A stretch of 64,000 nucleotides of DNA from Trypanosoma brucei (taxonomy: Eukaryota), in the NCBI GenBank assembly GCA_000002445.1, contig CP000070.1:1696001-1760000 (forward strand), written 5' to 3'. Made by a program: the position numbers and the translations under genes. Each line of letters opens with the position of its first letter. Within the stretch, counting starts at the first letter, position 1. This document shows, piece by piece, positions 44,301 to 55,134 of this stretch. The notes below the pieces were generated by a model. The model ran no database searches. It saw nothing but the letters and a program-made list of their open reading frames with translations, and was not told the DNA's origin.

Positions 44301-45706
44301 ACCATTTCCTCCAGGAACTTCCGATAATGATATGCACCTGACTCATCATGCGGCAGACCCACAATTCTCAGATGCGCGCTTACTAATAAGGGACCCCCAC
44401 TCCCAGATGCGGGAACCAGGTCAAGAGCAATAACAGGTAATGTGCAGCCGCTGAGGCACGGTCTGCGAGTTATTGAAACAAAGCGCGAAGCAGCTAACCC
44501 ATTGAGAGCAAACAGCCCTCTCTCGATAGAAAGTTGCATCACACTAGGCGAGTGTTGCAACAACCCGAGCAGGGCCCGCGCCCCCCGAAAAGAAACTCCA
44601 CCCTGTAGCAAAGGCAACATTGGGGTGGGTTTTGCCCCTCGGGGGGATCTACTAGTATCACAAGTTGGAAGTGCCGACTGTAGTACTCCACAGAGTCGCA
44701 TAAGAACTGAACCTACGACCCAACAACTCGGCCAGGCAAGAGCAGAACCGTACTGTAACTGCACAGCACTGCCATTGCGTGACAATACAATGCGCCTAAA
44801 CGCTTCTGGAGGTGATGTGAGGGGCAAACGAAGTTCTGTCTCGTTCTCCACGCTGTCAACAGCGACAAGGGATAATGACTCCCACCCCTCCCTTGAGAGG
44901 AGTTTTACGCGTTGAGCTCCACGTCTGTGGGCTAACGATGACCACCATGTCGTTTCCTGACTGGCACAAAGCGAACCACACAGGTACAGTGAAAGGAAAT
45001 CCCCATCCCAGTCATAAACGCGCAATCCTTCCTCATAACAATTGAGAAAACGCCAAGCTTCCACTTCCCTACTTTCCAATTCCTCCACGGCGTACCTATC
45101 GAGCTCCTCGAGTGCTAAGGCAAAGCCCACTTTTATTGCATCACGGGGAGATCCTCCCTCACCACGACAGATGGCAATGCCGCCAGTGGGCTCATTTTGT
45201 GAAAGTTCTTCCCATCCTCCTCCAGGCTCTGCGTCGCTTAAGGGAAGCTCGGCTGTGACTGTAGTCATAAATTGCGTTGGCATCCCCTCAGACCGAAGCG
45301 TATCGCCACCCTCGCTGTCTGGCACCCTTAGCAGATGTACTACAACCTTCGCGTCCATACTTTTCAGGGTCGCATCGAGTTCGGCAAATACATCGGAGTC
45401 AACACACTGTAGCATGTGACGTAGGCCCGCCTTCGTATTCACCAGTGAAAGAGCTGCTCCGTGGGCACGCTCTTCAGCTTCTGCAGCGCTCTCTGCAGCA
45501 GCCGACGCTATGTGGAGTGAGCATAACGCATTTACACGAAGGTATACGTTGCTTTCAAAGTAGTTGCTGTTCAAACGGGTAGTTCGAACTTTTGCGCTCC
45601 CAAACACTTCTTTGAAACGCGACCTAATGTGCCTTCGCTGGGCGGCCAGCAACCTCAATTGACGATTCTTCCGTATTTTCGCGGCCAGTACAGCCCCCGA
45701 AGACAT
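41336..45706 (-). CDS. Large 1456-aa hypothetical protein containing a canonical double-stranded-RNA-binding domain (dsRBD).
   Basis: ATG at 45706-45704. The dsRBD consensus is clear in PANLLGELLQGVAGRYDCTYTSD...GEIVCSLHIHKISIYENSAHASPFFLLGVGRGRTKRDAWAAAAVQAL, which fits the alpha1 ... GxGxSKKxAKxxAAxxAL pattern. I saw no RNase III signature (ERLEFLGDA). Confidence 0.6.
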   Translation of the reverse strand: MSSGAVLAAKIRKNRQLRLLAAQRRHIRSRFKEVFGSAKVRTTRLNSNYFESNVYLRVNALCSLHIASAAAESAAEAEERAHGAALSLVNTKAGLRHMLQCVDSDVFAELDATLKSMDAKVVVHLLRVPDSEGGDTLRSEGMPTQFMTTVTAELPLSDAEPGGGWEELSQNEPTGGIAICRGEGGSPRDAIKVGFALALEELDRYAVEELESREVEAWRFLNCYEEGLRVYDWDGDFLSLYLCGSLCASQETTWWSSLAHRRGAQRVKLLSREGWESLSLVAVDSVENETELRLPLTSPPEAFRRIVLSRNGSAVQLQYGSALAWPSCWVVGSVLMRLCGVLQSALPTCDTSRSPRGAKPTPMLPLLQGGVSFRGARALLGLLQHSPSVMQLSIERGLFALNGLAASRFVSITRRPCLSGCTLPVIALDLVPASGSGGPLLVSAHLRIVGLPHDESGAYHYRKFLEEMVATSGSGTQAEQVKLSKSQDGRSFAQVGLLGNIWRLICTAAAAVAPDSTTTHRDFTLWSPSVYWTSDGELQKHRDDQNNWLLDHIGELFSRDAQVSEVSIPGDVLNKALLITSESLGMQSLQLCHVVRDLMYTFGHFLYRCSLTKWRTVLSTTDSTVFQLSVQDTVQQQQYEQSAFYCPDLLLMLQDIRLALRLPQCSFPVLEFFQKAVHDVPLRVRQIAAGNFGDVDVYTRIVAHWGTNLRVEMESGPQHGVCEKVPVQPDNEKNKGPLRLLFLVVSALYNRVFPRRVSVPLIGLNSPTARRSIDFLLHSWFMAPPQVRCFEIDTRAARWLLGKDEEVQLVADYIVRAMLFYDFLGQRVLFAETHAPTVEEAVRRVNELAVLLNMPDCDNFPRRPGGCVTRGKTSGAAIGYCATTDMHVDSEVAALLEALETTTRTQPRVCFVSTGAPSSPCVEGVVEVLVSQYDIRTTATVKESRGVIPSLSLACREALRIAARVVPGVGALNVESLLQVAADAAPLLPRDGFPHFDARFYTPANLLGELLQGVAGRYDCTYTSDTTAGEIVCSLHIHKISIYENSAHASPFFLLGVGRGRTKRDAWAAAAVQALRGNFPEFQQQLDRHRALCELLLRPNDLFLLGLTSGFTVTVSRRAEELGGGFECRVKSVQSVTASGDGDRTSELVITRNATHAAHAYIEAVDSLLLSLRRDGRGGVVDYSSTGGGGFARWDPTSNYAKSVWHACYGALGVAVGGKVALRFERVCEDDGDYRNNVPVVVRLVVRTLTPEKNDETGGKDGDGTRWRTAETGIVSVHQHCIAGYNHLAGASRGRPASGGHVLFVSTRLLSEAVEKYVDNHTREEMGWLLSLLQWRKGENNNCPRLNIKRRIELLVELTFGCQCRVVVNPSNGASLVAQAGIWLPGPSVRSPRVPMVIAACSARTTAQALLELQQEVNLMLEPLWAMTTQVCSCSGGAEELGSSTVRFPPQAASTA

Positions 45707-46313
45707 GCGAACACGCAGCTGTTATTATCATTCACCGCTCTCAGTGGTGGCCGTCGAGTCCTAACTTACCTAGAACTCCCTTTTGTGCAGGAACTCGAAA
45801 AGTAATACCGGGTTTCCCTCTCCCCTTACCTCAGGAGAACAAGTATGCGGTTATAAGAAGTGAGAACAACGGAGCAATTTTCGTCAGATTCAGTGCTTCT
45901 GTGGTGATCAAAGAAAAAAAACAACCAGATGATATCGAACCCCGCGTCCCGTCGCTCAACTCAGCAAAATGGGAAACAAAAAAATCACGGTTAACAACAA
46001 ATGGGGAAAAAATACTGATACCCTTCCTCTACGTCCTGTTACGAAATATTTCGAACGAGTTACTCCTAACAATTAATTTCCCGTCTCGGCACTCATCCCT
46101 ACGCACATAATATGCATTTCACTACAACTGTCGACGATTGGAAGACGAGAAACCGTCTCTGTACTCATCACTCAGACAATTCACATAAATACAAACAAGT
46201 AAATAAATACATTTGAAGCAATGATTTTCCGGCCGTATTCGCGGCACCTTGTTTTCCTCATGTCGAATATTTAATGCCTCACTCAGACGCAAAGATTCTG
46301 AAACCTCTCCAGC

Positions 46314-46706
46314 CTAGGGGCAAGGGGAAAGGTTCACCACGGCGATGCCAAAGTCCAATGAAATTTTGTCATCATCGGGGTGGTAGGTGACCATGAGCGT
46401 CAGTTGATTCCTTCGCAATATGCTACCAAGGCAGTCTCCAGGGTCTTGTGCATTCGTCAGTTCAACATTGCCAGATACTTCGTCATATACGTACGGCTCA
46501 TTCTTACACTCCTCTACATCCCCGGAAATCGTAAGAGATATGTCAAACGTATCCAAATCGACGGGAAAGTCAACTCGGCCCTCCACTATGGAAAAGTAAT
46601 CACCACAGTAAGGACCTTGAGGGCGAGTCTTGATAGTCGACAACCCCTCGGTGACTTGTAGGAAAGGGACCAAAAGCAAAAGGGCAGCAAAAACCATGTA
46701 CCTCAT
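46314..46706 (-). CDS. Small hypothetical protein (130 aa) with a predicted N-terminal signal peptide.
   Basis: ATG at 46706-46704. MRYMVFAALLLLVPFLQVTEG has the hydrophobic core of a signal peptide, with a cleavage-like site before LSTIK. The mature part has four Cys. Confidence 0.45.
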   Translation of the reverse strand: MRYMVFAALLLLVPFLQVTEGLSTIKTRPQGPYCGDYFSIVEGRVDFPVDLDTFDISLTISGDVEECKNEPYVYDEVSGNVELTNAQDPGDCLGSILRRNQLTLMVTYHPDDDKISLDFGIAVVNLSPCP

Positions 46707-49700
46707 GGTGGAGAACTTCGTTTTATTTCTTTTTAATTTGCTTGTTGTGTTCTTGGGTTTTCAACTGATGAAAGCCAATGACTACGACGCAGCGCGCTGA
46801 TCAAGGTTACTCTATATCAAAAAAAAAAAAATCAAAGCGCCAAAAAGAGAGAGAATAGTGCACATTTACAAAACGGAAACCATCGTTGTATTGGCATAAA
46901 CCAAAGAGATGCTGCTCTCGTAACTTTACTCTCACATTACGGGTACTACATGGAGCCAGGTCAACCACCCATAGTAACTTAGAACCGAAGTGCTCAGTTC
47001 TGCTTTTGGTCACAAATGGTGCACTGCCAGTTGACCGGCAGTACCGCAATTATTTCACCCCCCCCCCTCCATCAGAGGATGTAGATAAGGGAACATGAAC
47101 CAAATTACAACGACTGGAAGCTCTAGCGTTGATATTTAAAAGTAAAAAAAATAGTAATAACAAGAATAGCGTTCAAAAGCAAAAGTTTAGCTATAACGGC
47201 TCGTGATAGGTCAAGACAGACACAAATCCTCTGCGACGACTCTGACACACACGAGAATCCAACAGCTCCTCAACCCACGTCTTTCACATGCTGGAGAAAC
47301 AAAACACAGTCCATTAGTACCGAATACACTTTGTTGAAAAGTGTTACCTCTGTCCTTATAAATGTGCCTGTAGTATTCTTCCCTCCCTCGATGTCGCTAC
47401 TAAAATGCCGGTTGCTTAATTGGAAACAGCGGTACCCCTTTAGCAAGATGTAGAATCCTACTAGTCATATCCCCTACACAGACACACGCACACAAACCGA
47501 CGGAATGTACACATATTATCCACTCCTGTAGGCAACAACAAAGGATGATCCCCGGCAACTACCACAAATGCAATGAGCATATGTATAAGTTACAGACAAG
47601 AACACATGCATTATTTGACGCATTTGCCTGCCAAACTGCTTGAAATCACCACCGTAGGCGATGCCCGCCCGTATTTACTGCTTCTCCTTCAGCCGGACGT
47701 ACTGGCGGTGTCGGAACCACCGCAGAGAAACCGGTGGAAGGGCATTAACCCGACAACACGTATAATTTTGCGTTTGCACACTGCAACACAGGGAAAGAGA
47801 GAAAACAGGCTCTCCAGAATCAGTTTCGACCTATGCTAGGTCGAAGCATATCAACATAGAGGAAATCATTGTGAAAACAAAAAAACAAAGTTAACTTAGA
47901 TTACACACCTGTCACAGCAACTCGCTGTCTCCGTCGGTCAACCACACGCACGTACACCACGTCGCCCTCGCGTGGCCCTGCCAACAGCAAGTGCAACCCC
48001 GAAAATGAACCTAGCGGATTGGAAACAGTATCAAGCAACAACCAAAACAGTGTGGGAAAAAGCAAATCAATCAATTTCCGAAGGAGGTTCGGCAGCCTGA
48101 CACACGATAGCCGAAGGTTCCCCAACATACCACCGACCACTTCTTCACTTGAACCAACCATTATGCAGCATACCAGCCGGGAACATACTGTAAGGAAGCG
48201 ACCCATCACAGAAGGTGGTGGGTCCAGCAGAGCCAACACACGGAAAGGCAGTATAGAGGAACCCGCGTGTACCTCCATGGTCATAACAACAATAACAGCA
48301 ACTACCAAATTCCTTTGATTGTTTATTCATCTCAGGGGTAAAAATGCATCGATACCAAATCAGTTTAACACACGTAGGTCGCAACCGCGACGAAAACACT
48401 CTGTCCTTGGAAATTTTTATATGAGGAATGATCATTCTCAGCACGGCAACTGCCAATCAGCCACCCAAACTCCGATATAGCAATGTAGAGCGGACTTACA
48501 CTCGACCGTGAAGCAAAACCGTTTGAACGCAAGAACGGTGCGCATCCACTTTCCATAGTGAAAAGGGCCAGGCAAAAGTACATCACAAGAACACTGCAAT
48601 ATTGTGAGCCCGCGCCGTGGCCACACAACACGTTCCAGCAGTATAATATAATCGCTTGCGTGACATCATACCGAATTAAACGCCACAACCACCCGCAGCC
48701 ATTCTCTGCTGAATAGGCGAGACAACAATCTTATTCACTGCACACAACAGGGTGCCTCTGCAACCAATGCGGTTGTGACTAACAAGTCCCCGCCCTGGGA
48801 CAACTAGTCGCTACGGCGGGAAGCAGTAGCAACCACTGCTGTACCGTCCATTTTTTTTTCCTGACGGCGCCGATGCAGATCAACAAAGGCACACATCCCC
48901 GTTGCTCGGTCACACACGCGCAGCTACCCTTCCGTACGCGCCAATCGTACTCGTGCAGAAGCCCTGACCCCTCAAGAATGACACGCAGAAATAATAAAAG
49001 GTCCAAGCCACAACTTGTATGTACACAAACATACATGTGCACGGACAATATGTGGATCAGAACAACTACGGAACTGCAACATTCTGCACAAATGCGTACA
49101 CTGAGTCCTATTAACTGTAAAAATGCCCGAAACGGAAGCGAGGGGGAAGAAAAAAAACAGCTTACTCCCATGTATTATTCATTGTCATACAAAGTTCAGA
49201 AGTAGCTGCTATAGAAATAATGCGAAAAATGACTCAAAACTGTTTGTTTCTACTGTTGACGACTTTTTCTTTTAGCCCTCGCGGTGAGGGGAAACAATCT
49301 GTGTGAAAGACGAATCAAACCAACATGCAAAGTGTTAGAGTTCGTATTTATTTTCCTGACAGCAGTTTTGTCCCTCTTGAAAGATATTTAAAGGTATCCG
49401 CAACATACCACAAGGGAATACAGATGCCACTTGCTGATTTTTTTTCTTTATTCGGCAATTCCCCATATGTTTAACAACCCTACAACATTAGGATGTCCTT
49501 TCCCTGCGGGAACGGGAAGGGCAGCTTGTATTAGAATTTTCTTCTAAAGGGGTTGGAAAAAACACACCGAGAAGGTGTGCAAATTTCTTCCCATTAATGT
49601 ATTCAAACTGGGGACGTTAGGTACGAAGCAATTTCCAAATGCTAGAATATGTGTCGACTTTCCAAAATGAAAAAAGGGTGAAAGATACCTCAACTGTCCT

Positions 49701-50218
49701 CAATAGAACTCTAGAACGCGGAAACAAGAGATGGAAAAGTAAGCCTTCACTGTTCCGTGGCATACTTCACACCCACATCGCACTCTTCAGGTTCTGTCCT
49801 CCTCTGCTCTGTGTCCATATCCTCCTTTTACCAAAAGGGGAGCAACCTCAATTTTAAACGGCGGCTGTTAGCGAGCTTCAAAACCTCGGTTTGAGATACT
49901 TTCATCAAGCTCCAACCGGTATCTAACACGCCACACAATCTCCACCTAACCACAGCAAATTGGGTGTTATCTATATTAACTGAACAGCTGTACTTTGTTT
50001 TTGTGGAATTTATGTCAAAACATGCCCGTCTCGCGTACCAACTGGGCCTTGGGACTCTAAGGCCATTTAGGAAAGTCAGTGCGGATAGTTCATCCAGACA
50101 TAACGACAGCAAGTTAAAACCAATGCGTCTGGTTATATTGGTCTTTATATGATAATTTTATATGTCCAACTCTCGGCGAGTCTATATTTCTTGTACAACT
50201 CGGAACACTTCACTTAGC

Positions 50219-50824
50219 CTATTGGTTCTCACAGCCGAGATCTTCGGATAATGTCATGGTCTTCCCTTCTACTCCTCCACTGGTACCTAGTGAAGGGGGA
50301 AAGTACACTGGGATACTCTCGCCACTCATCAGCTCAACGTAACTGACTCGCAATGATCCAATAAAGGATTGTCGATCGGAGGGGTTGGGGGAAATAGAAT
50401 CACCATAGTCGTCACTCGCGGATGTGTGAAACGCGGCGGTTAGGTGCGAGGATGACCTCATCTGCCGTAGGGCTGCCCCATTACTACGGACAGCCATATC
50501 CAGAGCATCAACTGACAAACAATGTGTTCCGTCAACGTCGCACGCATTAGCTTCGCATGTTGGCAACGGTACCTCTTCTGTTTGAGTTTCTTTTTCATGC
50601 GATAAATGAATGGAACCAGCCTCATCTTTCAAGGTCCCTGACGCCATATCGCCGCCAGCTTCATTACTTTGGTGACGTTCCCCGGCACCGGCATGGGGTG
50701 TAGCGTCAGCATCCGCGACATCTGAACCTCCTGGAACGGTCGGGTATGCTAATCCCATCCCCTTGTTCACAGGAACGTGCCGCTCAACCTTTAGGACAAA
50801 CTGCCGCGGAAGGCCCCCAGACAT
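50219..50824 (-). CDS. Hypothetical 201-aa acidic protein, the first gene of the minus-strand array next to the strand-switch region.
   Basis: Track codon 50905-50903 is TTG; the first in-frame ATG is 50824-50822 (MSGGLPRQFVLKVERH...). Codon usage is coding-like and I recognise no domain. Confidence 0.45.
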   Translation of the reverse strand: MSGGLPRQFVLKVERHVPVNKGMGLAYPTVPGGSDVADADATPHAGAGERHQSNEAGGDMASGTLKDEAGSIHLSHEKETQTEEVPLPTCEANACDVDGTHCLSVDALDMAVRSNGAALRQMRSSSHLTAAFHTSASDDYGDSISPNPSDRQSFIGSLRVSYVELMSGESIPVYFPPSLGTSGGVEGKTMTLSEDLGCENQ

Positions 50825-50936
50825 ATCCGCGAAAATTACCTCCAAAGAAACTTTGACTTCGGACGGAAACGGAAGCAGTAAAAAGATAAAGGAGTCTAAA
50901 AGCAACGAGTCGACAGAGTCATCTTAACCAGCTTCT

Positions 50937-50968
50937 TCACACACACACACACACACACATACATACAT
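50937..50968. repeat. (CA)10(TACA)3 tract at the left edge of the dSSR; it reads as a GT-rich tract on the minus strand.
   Basis: Direct reading of the sequence. Confidence 0.85.
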
Positions 50969-51690
50969 ACACGGCAAGAATAGATTTTCCACGACCTCTG
51001 CGGCCACACCGATCGCAGAACCGCGCAGCGGCACCCCCTCCGGTCGGAAGGACAAGGACCGGTCCAACTCGCATAATCACTCCACATAGCACAGTGGATC
51101 GAAATTTGCCCCTCCCGCGCCGTGTCATCTCTGCGCGGAAAACAAAAAAGTCGGCGTCGGTCCACCCGGTCAACCGCCGCGACTAACGGCGTCAGTTCAC
51201 CTCTCTGCGGAGGGGACGGACGCACCGCCACCGCCGCTGCGGCCATGGGTTATCGCATCTAAGAAAAAAAAATCTGCAGTGGGGAGGGGCATTCACGTAT
51301 AAGAGTCGGCCCCCAGAAGGGCCGTTGCGTTACGCCGTAGCGTCCCAGAAGGCGGTGGGTGCAGAGATTAGCTTCAGTTCCCGTGCTTGGAGAGGTTTGA
51401 TAACACGCCCTGTGGGAGGGCGGATCCCGCAGGAGTTATTCACTCCTGTCGGCATTGGGACAAAATTTCCGGCGCAAATATTAATATGAGGCAGCTGGTC
51501 ACAGTGCCCCACCACGCGACTCATCCCACAAACTGGAAGTTGGGGTCCGCGTATTTTTTGCTTTTCCTTAACCCATCACCGCTCAGCCGTTGTACGTGGA
51601 GGTGGATGCCCCAGCGGAACAAGGGGTCCATCCGTGGGAGCGGAACTTGGTAATTCATTCAACATGGAAGACAGCGGTGCGCCTGGGTCT

Positions 51691-51720
51691 ACTGCCCGTT
51701 ACTGCCCGTTACTGCCCCTT
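51691..51720. repeat. ACTGCCCGTT 10-mer tandem, 3 copies with the third diverged, inside the dSSR.
   Basis: Direct reading of the sequence. Confidence 0.85.
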
Positions 51721-52119
51721 TACCTCGAGTTTTTCACTCTGCTGATTGCCGGTCCTGGTGACCGAAGTCCAACACCGACGCACTGAATCGCGCAGAGGTC
51801 GTGTGCGTCAACTGACGCTGCGGGGACTTCCTAGGTCACTGTCTCGGTTCCGCACGGTCACGGCAGTTCAAAGTAACTTTGACGCGGGGGGGGGGGAGTT
51901 CTCCGACCAGTAGCTGCCCATGAGGTCGTGGGGGGCCCTTCGGGTGCGGTGTTGGCTACATTGCTTGGACTGCGTGTGCGCAGGATCATTTCCGCAAAAA
52001 TCTTAGGACAGGGTTCTGTCAACCTCTCCCCGTATTTTGGACCACAGACACCAGTGTCAAGAAAAGACGACAGTTGGTCGAAACTGATTCCTCAACGTTG
52101 CTTCAGGTTGCGTTTTGAG

Positions 52120-52262
52120 TTATTTTTTTTTAGCTGCGTTATAACTACTAGGGATGTGTTTCTGTCTGCCTCATCGGTTTTACCTGTTTTTTTTTTTAAG
52201 GCTGAAGAATTTTCCTTTCTACATAAAGCTGCTTTCCAGTGTTGCAGGTTCAAGGAAGGTAA
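52120..52262 (+). promoter_or_regulatory. Polypyrimidine tracts and downstream AG dinucleotides forming the likely spliced-leader trans-splice acceptor region for the first plus-strand gene.
   Basis: T9 at about 52126-52134 and T11 at about 52185-52196 are followed by AG dinucleotides within 80 nt of ATG 52269. Confidence 0.45.
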
Positions 52263-52268
52263 GCAGAC

Positions 52269-52937
52269 ATGTCTAATGCCGAGGCCTACGATAAGAAGCT
52301 TAAAATGCTGGAAGTGAAGGCCCAGGGCTTACTTCGTGATTTAAAAACAACAGCAGATCCCATTCGGCGACTTCGCTGTCATACGGAGGCTCAAAATACG
52401 TTAAATGAGATTCAGCAAAATTACCAGTTACTCAAGACAGAGATACAGTTGCTTGAGGGTGACGAAGGAAAGTTATACAAAAATGCTGAACAGGAGCATG
52501 CGCATGAGCTAAGTAACTTGAAGCGCATGCTACAGCTGGAAAAGGCACCTGTCCCCGTCGTCCCGGGGGACCAAAGCAGCTCAATGTTCGGCGCGTTGCC
52601 GGCGACCGGCGACCGAAGAGAAGAAGCAAGACGCATCGCTCAAAGCGTTGTTACCATCCAGGGCACAACACTGGGCTCACTAGCGCAGGCCGAACGAGCG
52701 CTGCACGACACTGAGGAAGTTAGTGTGAATGCTACAACAAGACTTATTGCGCAGACGGAACAAATACGGAATATACGCGATCGTGTGGAGGACTTAGATT
52801 CCGAAGTTACACGAGCCAGGAAAGAACTAAACGAATTTATCCACCGAATGGCAACAGACAAGATTATCATTTGCTTTTACATACTTATAATGATAGGTAT
52901 TATTATATTTGCTACGTTAAAGTTTTTGCAAAAATAA
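52269..52937 (+). CDS. Tail-anchored SNARE (Qb/Qc-type, Vti1/membrin-like) with a C-terminal transmembrane segment.
   Basis: ATG at 52269. A heptad-repeat SNARE-like motif (TTRLIAQTEQIRNIRDRVEDLDSEVTRARKEL) lies immediately before the hydrophobic C-terminus IIICFYILIMIGIIIFATLKF. Confidence 0.6.
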   Translation: MSNAEAYDKKLKMLEVKAQGLLRDLKTTADPIRRLRCHTEAQNTLNEIQQNYQLLKTEIQLLEGDEGKLYKNAEQEHAHELSNLKRMLQLEKAPVPVVPGDQSSSMFGALPATGDRREEARRIAQSVVTIQGTTLGSLAQAERALHDTEEVSVNATTRLIAQTEQIRNIRDRVEDLDSEVTRARKELNEFIHRMATDKIIICFYILIMIGIIIFATLKFLQK

Positions 52938-55134
52938 TGAAGCCGAGTTTTTTCTCCTTTTTACCCACTTTACAGCGTGCGGAACCACGGCCAAAGAACC
53001 GGCACGGTAAACGAGGGGAGACGGGTTTCTACATTTCGTGCCCCATCAGTAATATATAGTGTATTGTTTACGTTACAGGGTACTTGCGTGTTAAACACAG
53101 CGTTGTACGATAGAATTTCTTCCCTACGCTCAGCCTTTACTCATTGGAGATGTAGCAAGGTGTAGTAAATCACACATGTTTTGGTTCGTACCCGGTTTGG
53201 CTACAGGGAGAATGCAGAAGCATTCCCCTCCCCCCCCCTTTGCAACGCACGAAAGCATCATACTTTGACCTGTCTGCTTTTCTTTTTTTTTTTTCGGCAC
53301 GTCTATGAGCCTGCCCGACCCGGCAGTCTCCCCGTTTGGACCGTGACGTGACCTAGTCGTGCTCAGCATTCCCGCTTGGAGTGTTGTCCTTTTAGAATGT
53401 CGATGCAGAGTTAATACCAGACTGTGTGGGGGTATCACGCGGAGTTGCCTAATACATACTGAGAAGAGCAAAACGTTGTTTATGTGCTTTCAAGTTGCTA
53501 TAATGGAATGCTAAACACCTCTGTGTCACAAGGGAGCAGGATCGGGAGAGAACGTTTAGCACACTGATGTGGCTGCTGCTGTTTATATGTCTCACAAGTG
53601 GAATACCCACTTCGGGTCGAATCATGTTGGCTTCCCGTGTTGCTTTCCTGCGCCCAACTCGCGTACCGAAAGGAAGCAATATGTGTCAGCTGTCGACACG
53701 ATCAAGTGTAAGTGGGTGTTCCGTTAGCTCTTGTGGGACGAAATGAAGGTTCTGACAATCCCAGCCGATCTTGTTAACCAGGATTTTTTTTTGTGTGCTC
53801 TGTGGGTCGGCTGTGGAAGAGAATGTTTGGTCCCTTGCCTGACCAAGTGTTTCTCATGTTTTTCCTTAAATTCGTGTGGTCGGTACCAATACAAAGTTCA
53901 AAAAGGCAGATATTTGCACTCCGGTTTCGGGCTAGTACTGGCGACGCCGGTTTCAGTGAACACCGCAACCTTTACTCGTCACCACATGAGAGTTCCATGT
54001 GGCTCTTCATAATATCAACTTCTTGTGACTGAGGATCGTGCGAGCTTCCGCAGAGTTCTGCGAAAGAATTCGAATTCCATTTTTTAGCCATTGGCCAGGT
54101 GCTCTGAGGCTTGAGTTGTGAGCGTAGTAGATCCCATGACAGTAGTGAAATTTGCACCTCTGGTTACACACAGGTGAATACACTTGTCACGGTACTGGGG
54201 GCATGTTAGCTTGCCGCTGTGAGAACCTTTAAAATTCATGGCTAGCCCAGGTCACTTTTTTTTTTACATCCCTTTATCTCATACGGATGGTTACAAGCTG
54301 CCGATAAAGCTTTTTAAAATAATCTGTGTCACCAACAGTCGTTTCAGTTACGTATCCAACTCTGGGAATTAAAGCAGGAGGTGGAAGAAATGTATGTCAG
54401 CTGGGGGGAAATCGTTATGGTGAGGTCGGCTCTTCTTCGGTGTAGTGGCAAGGCTTTTAGCTCCACAACGTTAGCGAGGGTATGCTTCGCCGGGAAGGGG
54501 GTCTAGCGTTAATGCGGTTGCGAGAGGAGTGTCGTGGCGTCGCCGTTGTGACCACAGCGAAAGTACTACCATGGGGAGGCGACGAATGTTTTACTGTTGA
54601 CGCTGCAAATAATCTTGTGGTAATCTACAACTGATTGTTAACGTAGTCTCGTTATTTTCAAAATATGCGTTTGTTGTTAGTATTCATCCCCCCCCCCATA
54701 TCCTTACTCGCGACTGCTTTCTGTCTTGTTATGTAGTTGATCAGCGGCCGCCGCGTTATTCGACCATATATTTTACCCGCAAGTATCGCTAGGACGAGGT
54801 ACGGAAGAAGTCCCACGCCCTTGCTATTGAGTTTTATTTACTCACTGGTCATCTTTTGGCTCGTTTTGAGCGGCGCCCCATGCACCTCTCCATGGTGTGC
54901 CCGTGCATGGCGACCCGTTGGCGCGTAACTGGTCTGCATCGATGTCGAAACTATGGTGCTACCGTTAGTCTAACGCTTTAGTTTTTCTTTGTTCCTTTTT
55001 TTTTGTTGGTGAACTGGCACCGTTTGTGTCTCCACGTTTGGCAAGTCTCGACCACCTTAAGTTATCCCCGGTGCGCGACAATCGCCTGCAAGTGGGCACA
55101 GAGAACGGAAGTGGGTCATTTGGTGTGCCAATAA

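Larger units (their letters stand above)
50825..52268. promoter_or_regulatory. Divergent strand-switch region (dSSR) between the minus-strand and plus-strand gene arrays, and the putative bidirectional RNA pol II transcription start region.
   Basis: All 17 CDSs to its left are on the minus strand and all 5 to its right are on the plus strand. The region holds no convincing CDS. It contains a G11 run (51886-51896), a 3x ACTGCCCGTT tandem (51691-51720), a (CA)n(TACA)n tract (50937-50968) and GC-rich segments. Confidence 0.65.

Noticed and set aside
50896-51246. 116-aa ATG-initiated GC-rich ORF on the minus strand inside the dSSR.
   Set aside because: Its C-terminus is the translated (CA)n microsatellite, and it has no similarity to anything I recognise. 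It lies where transcription is expected to initiate, so it is probably not a gene. I cannot exclude a short upstream ORF or peptide.
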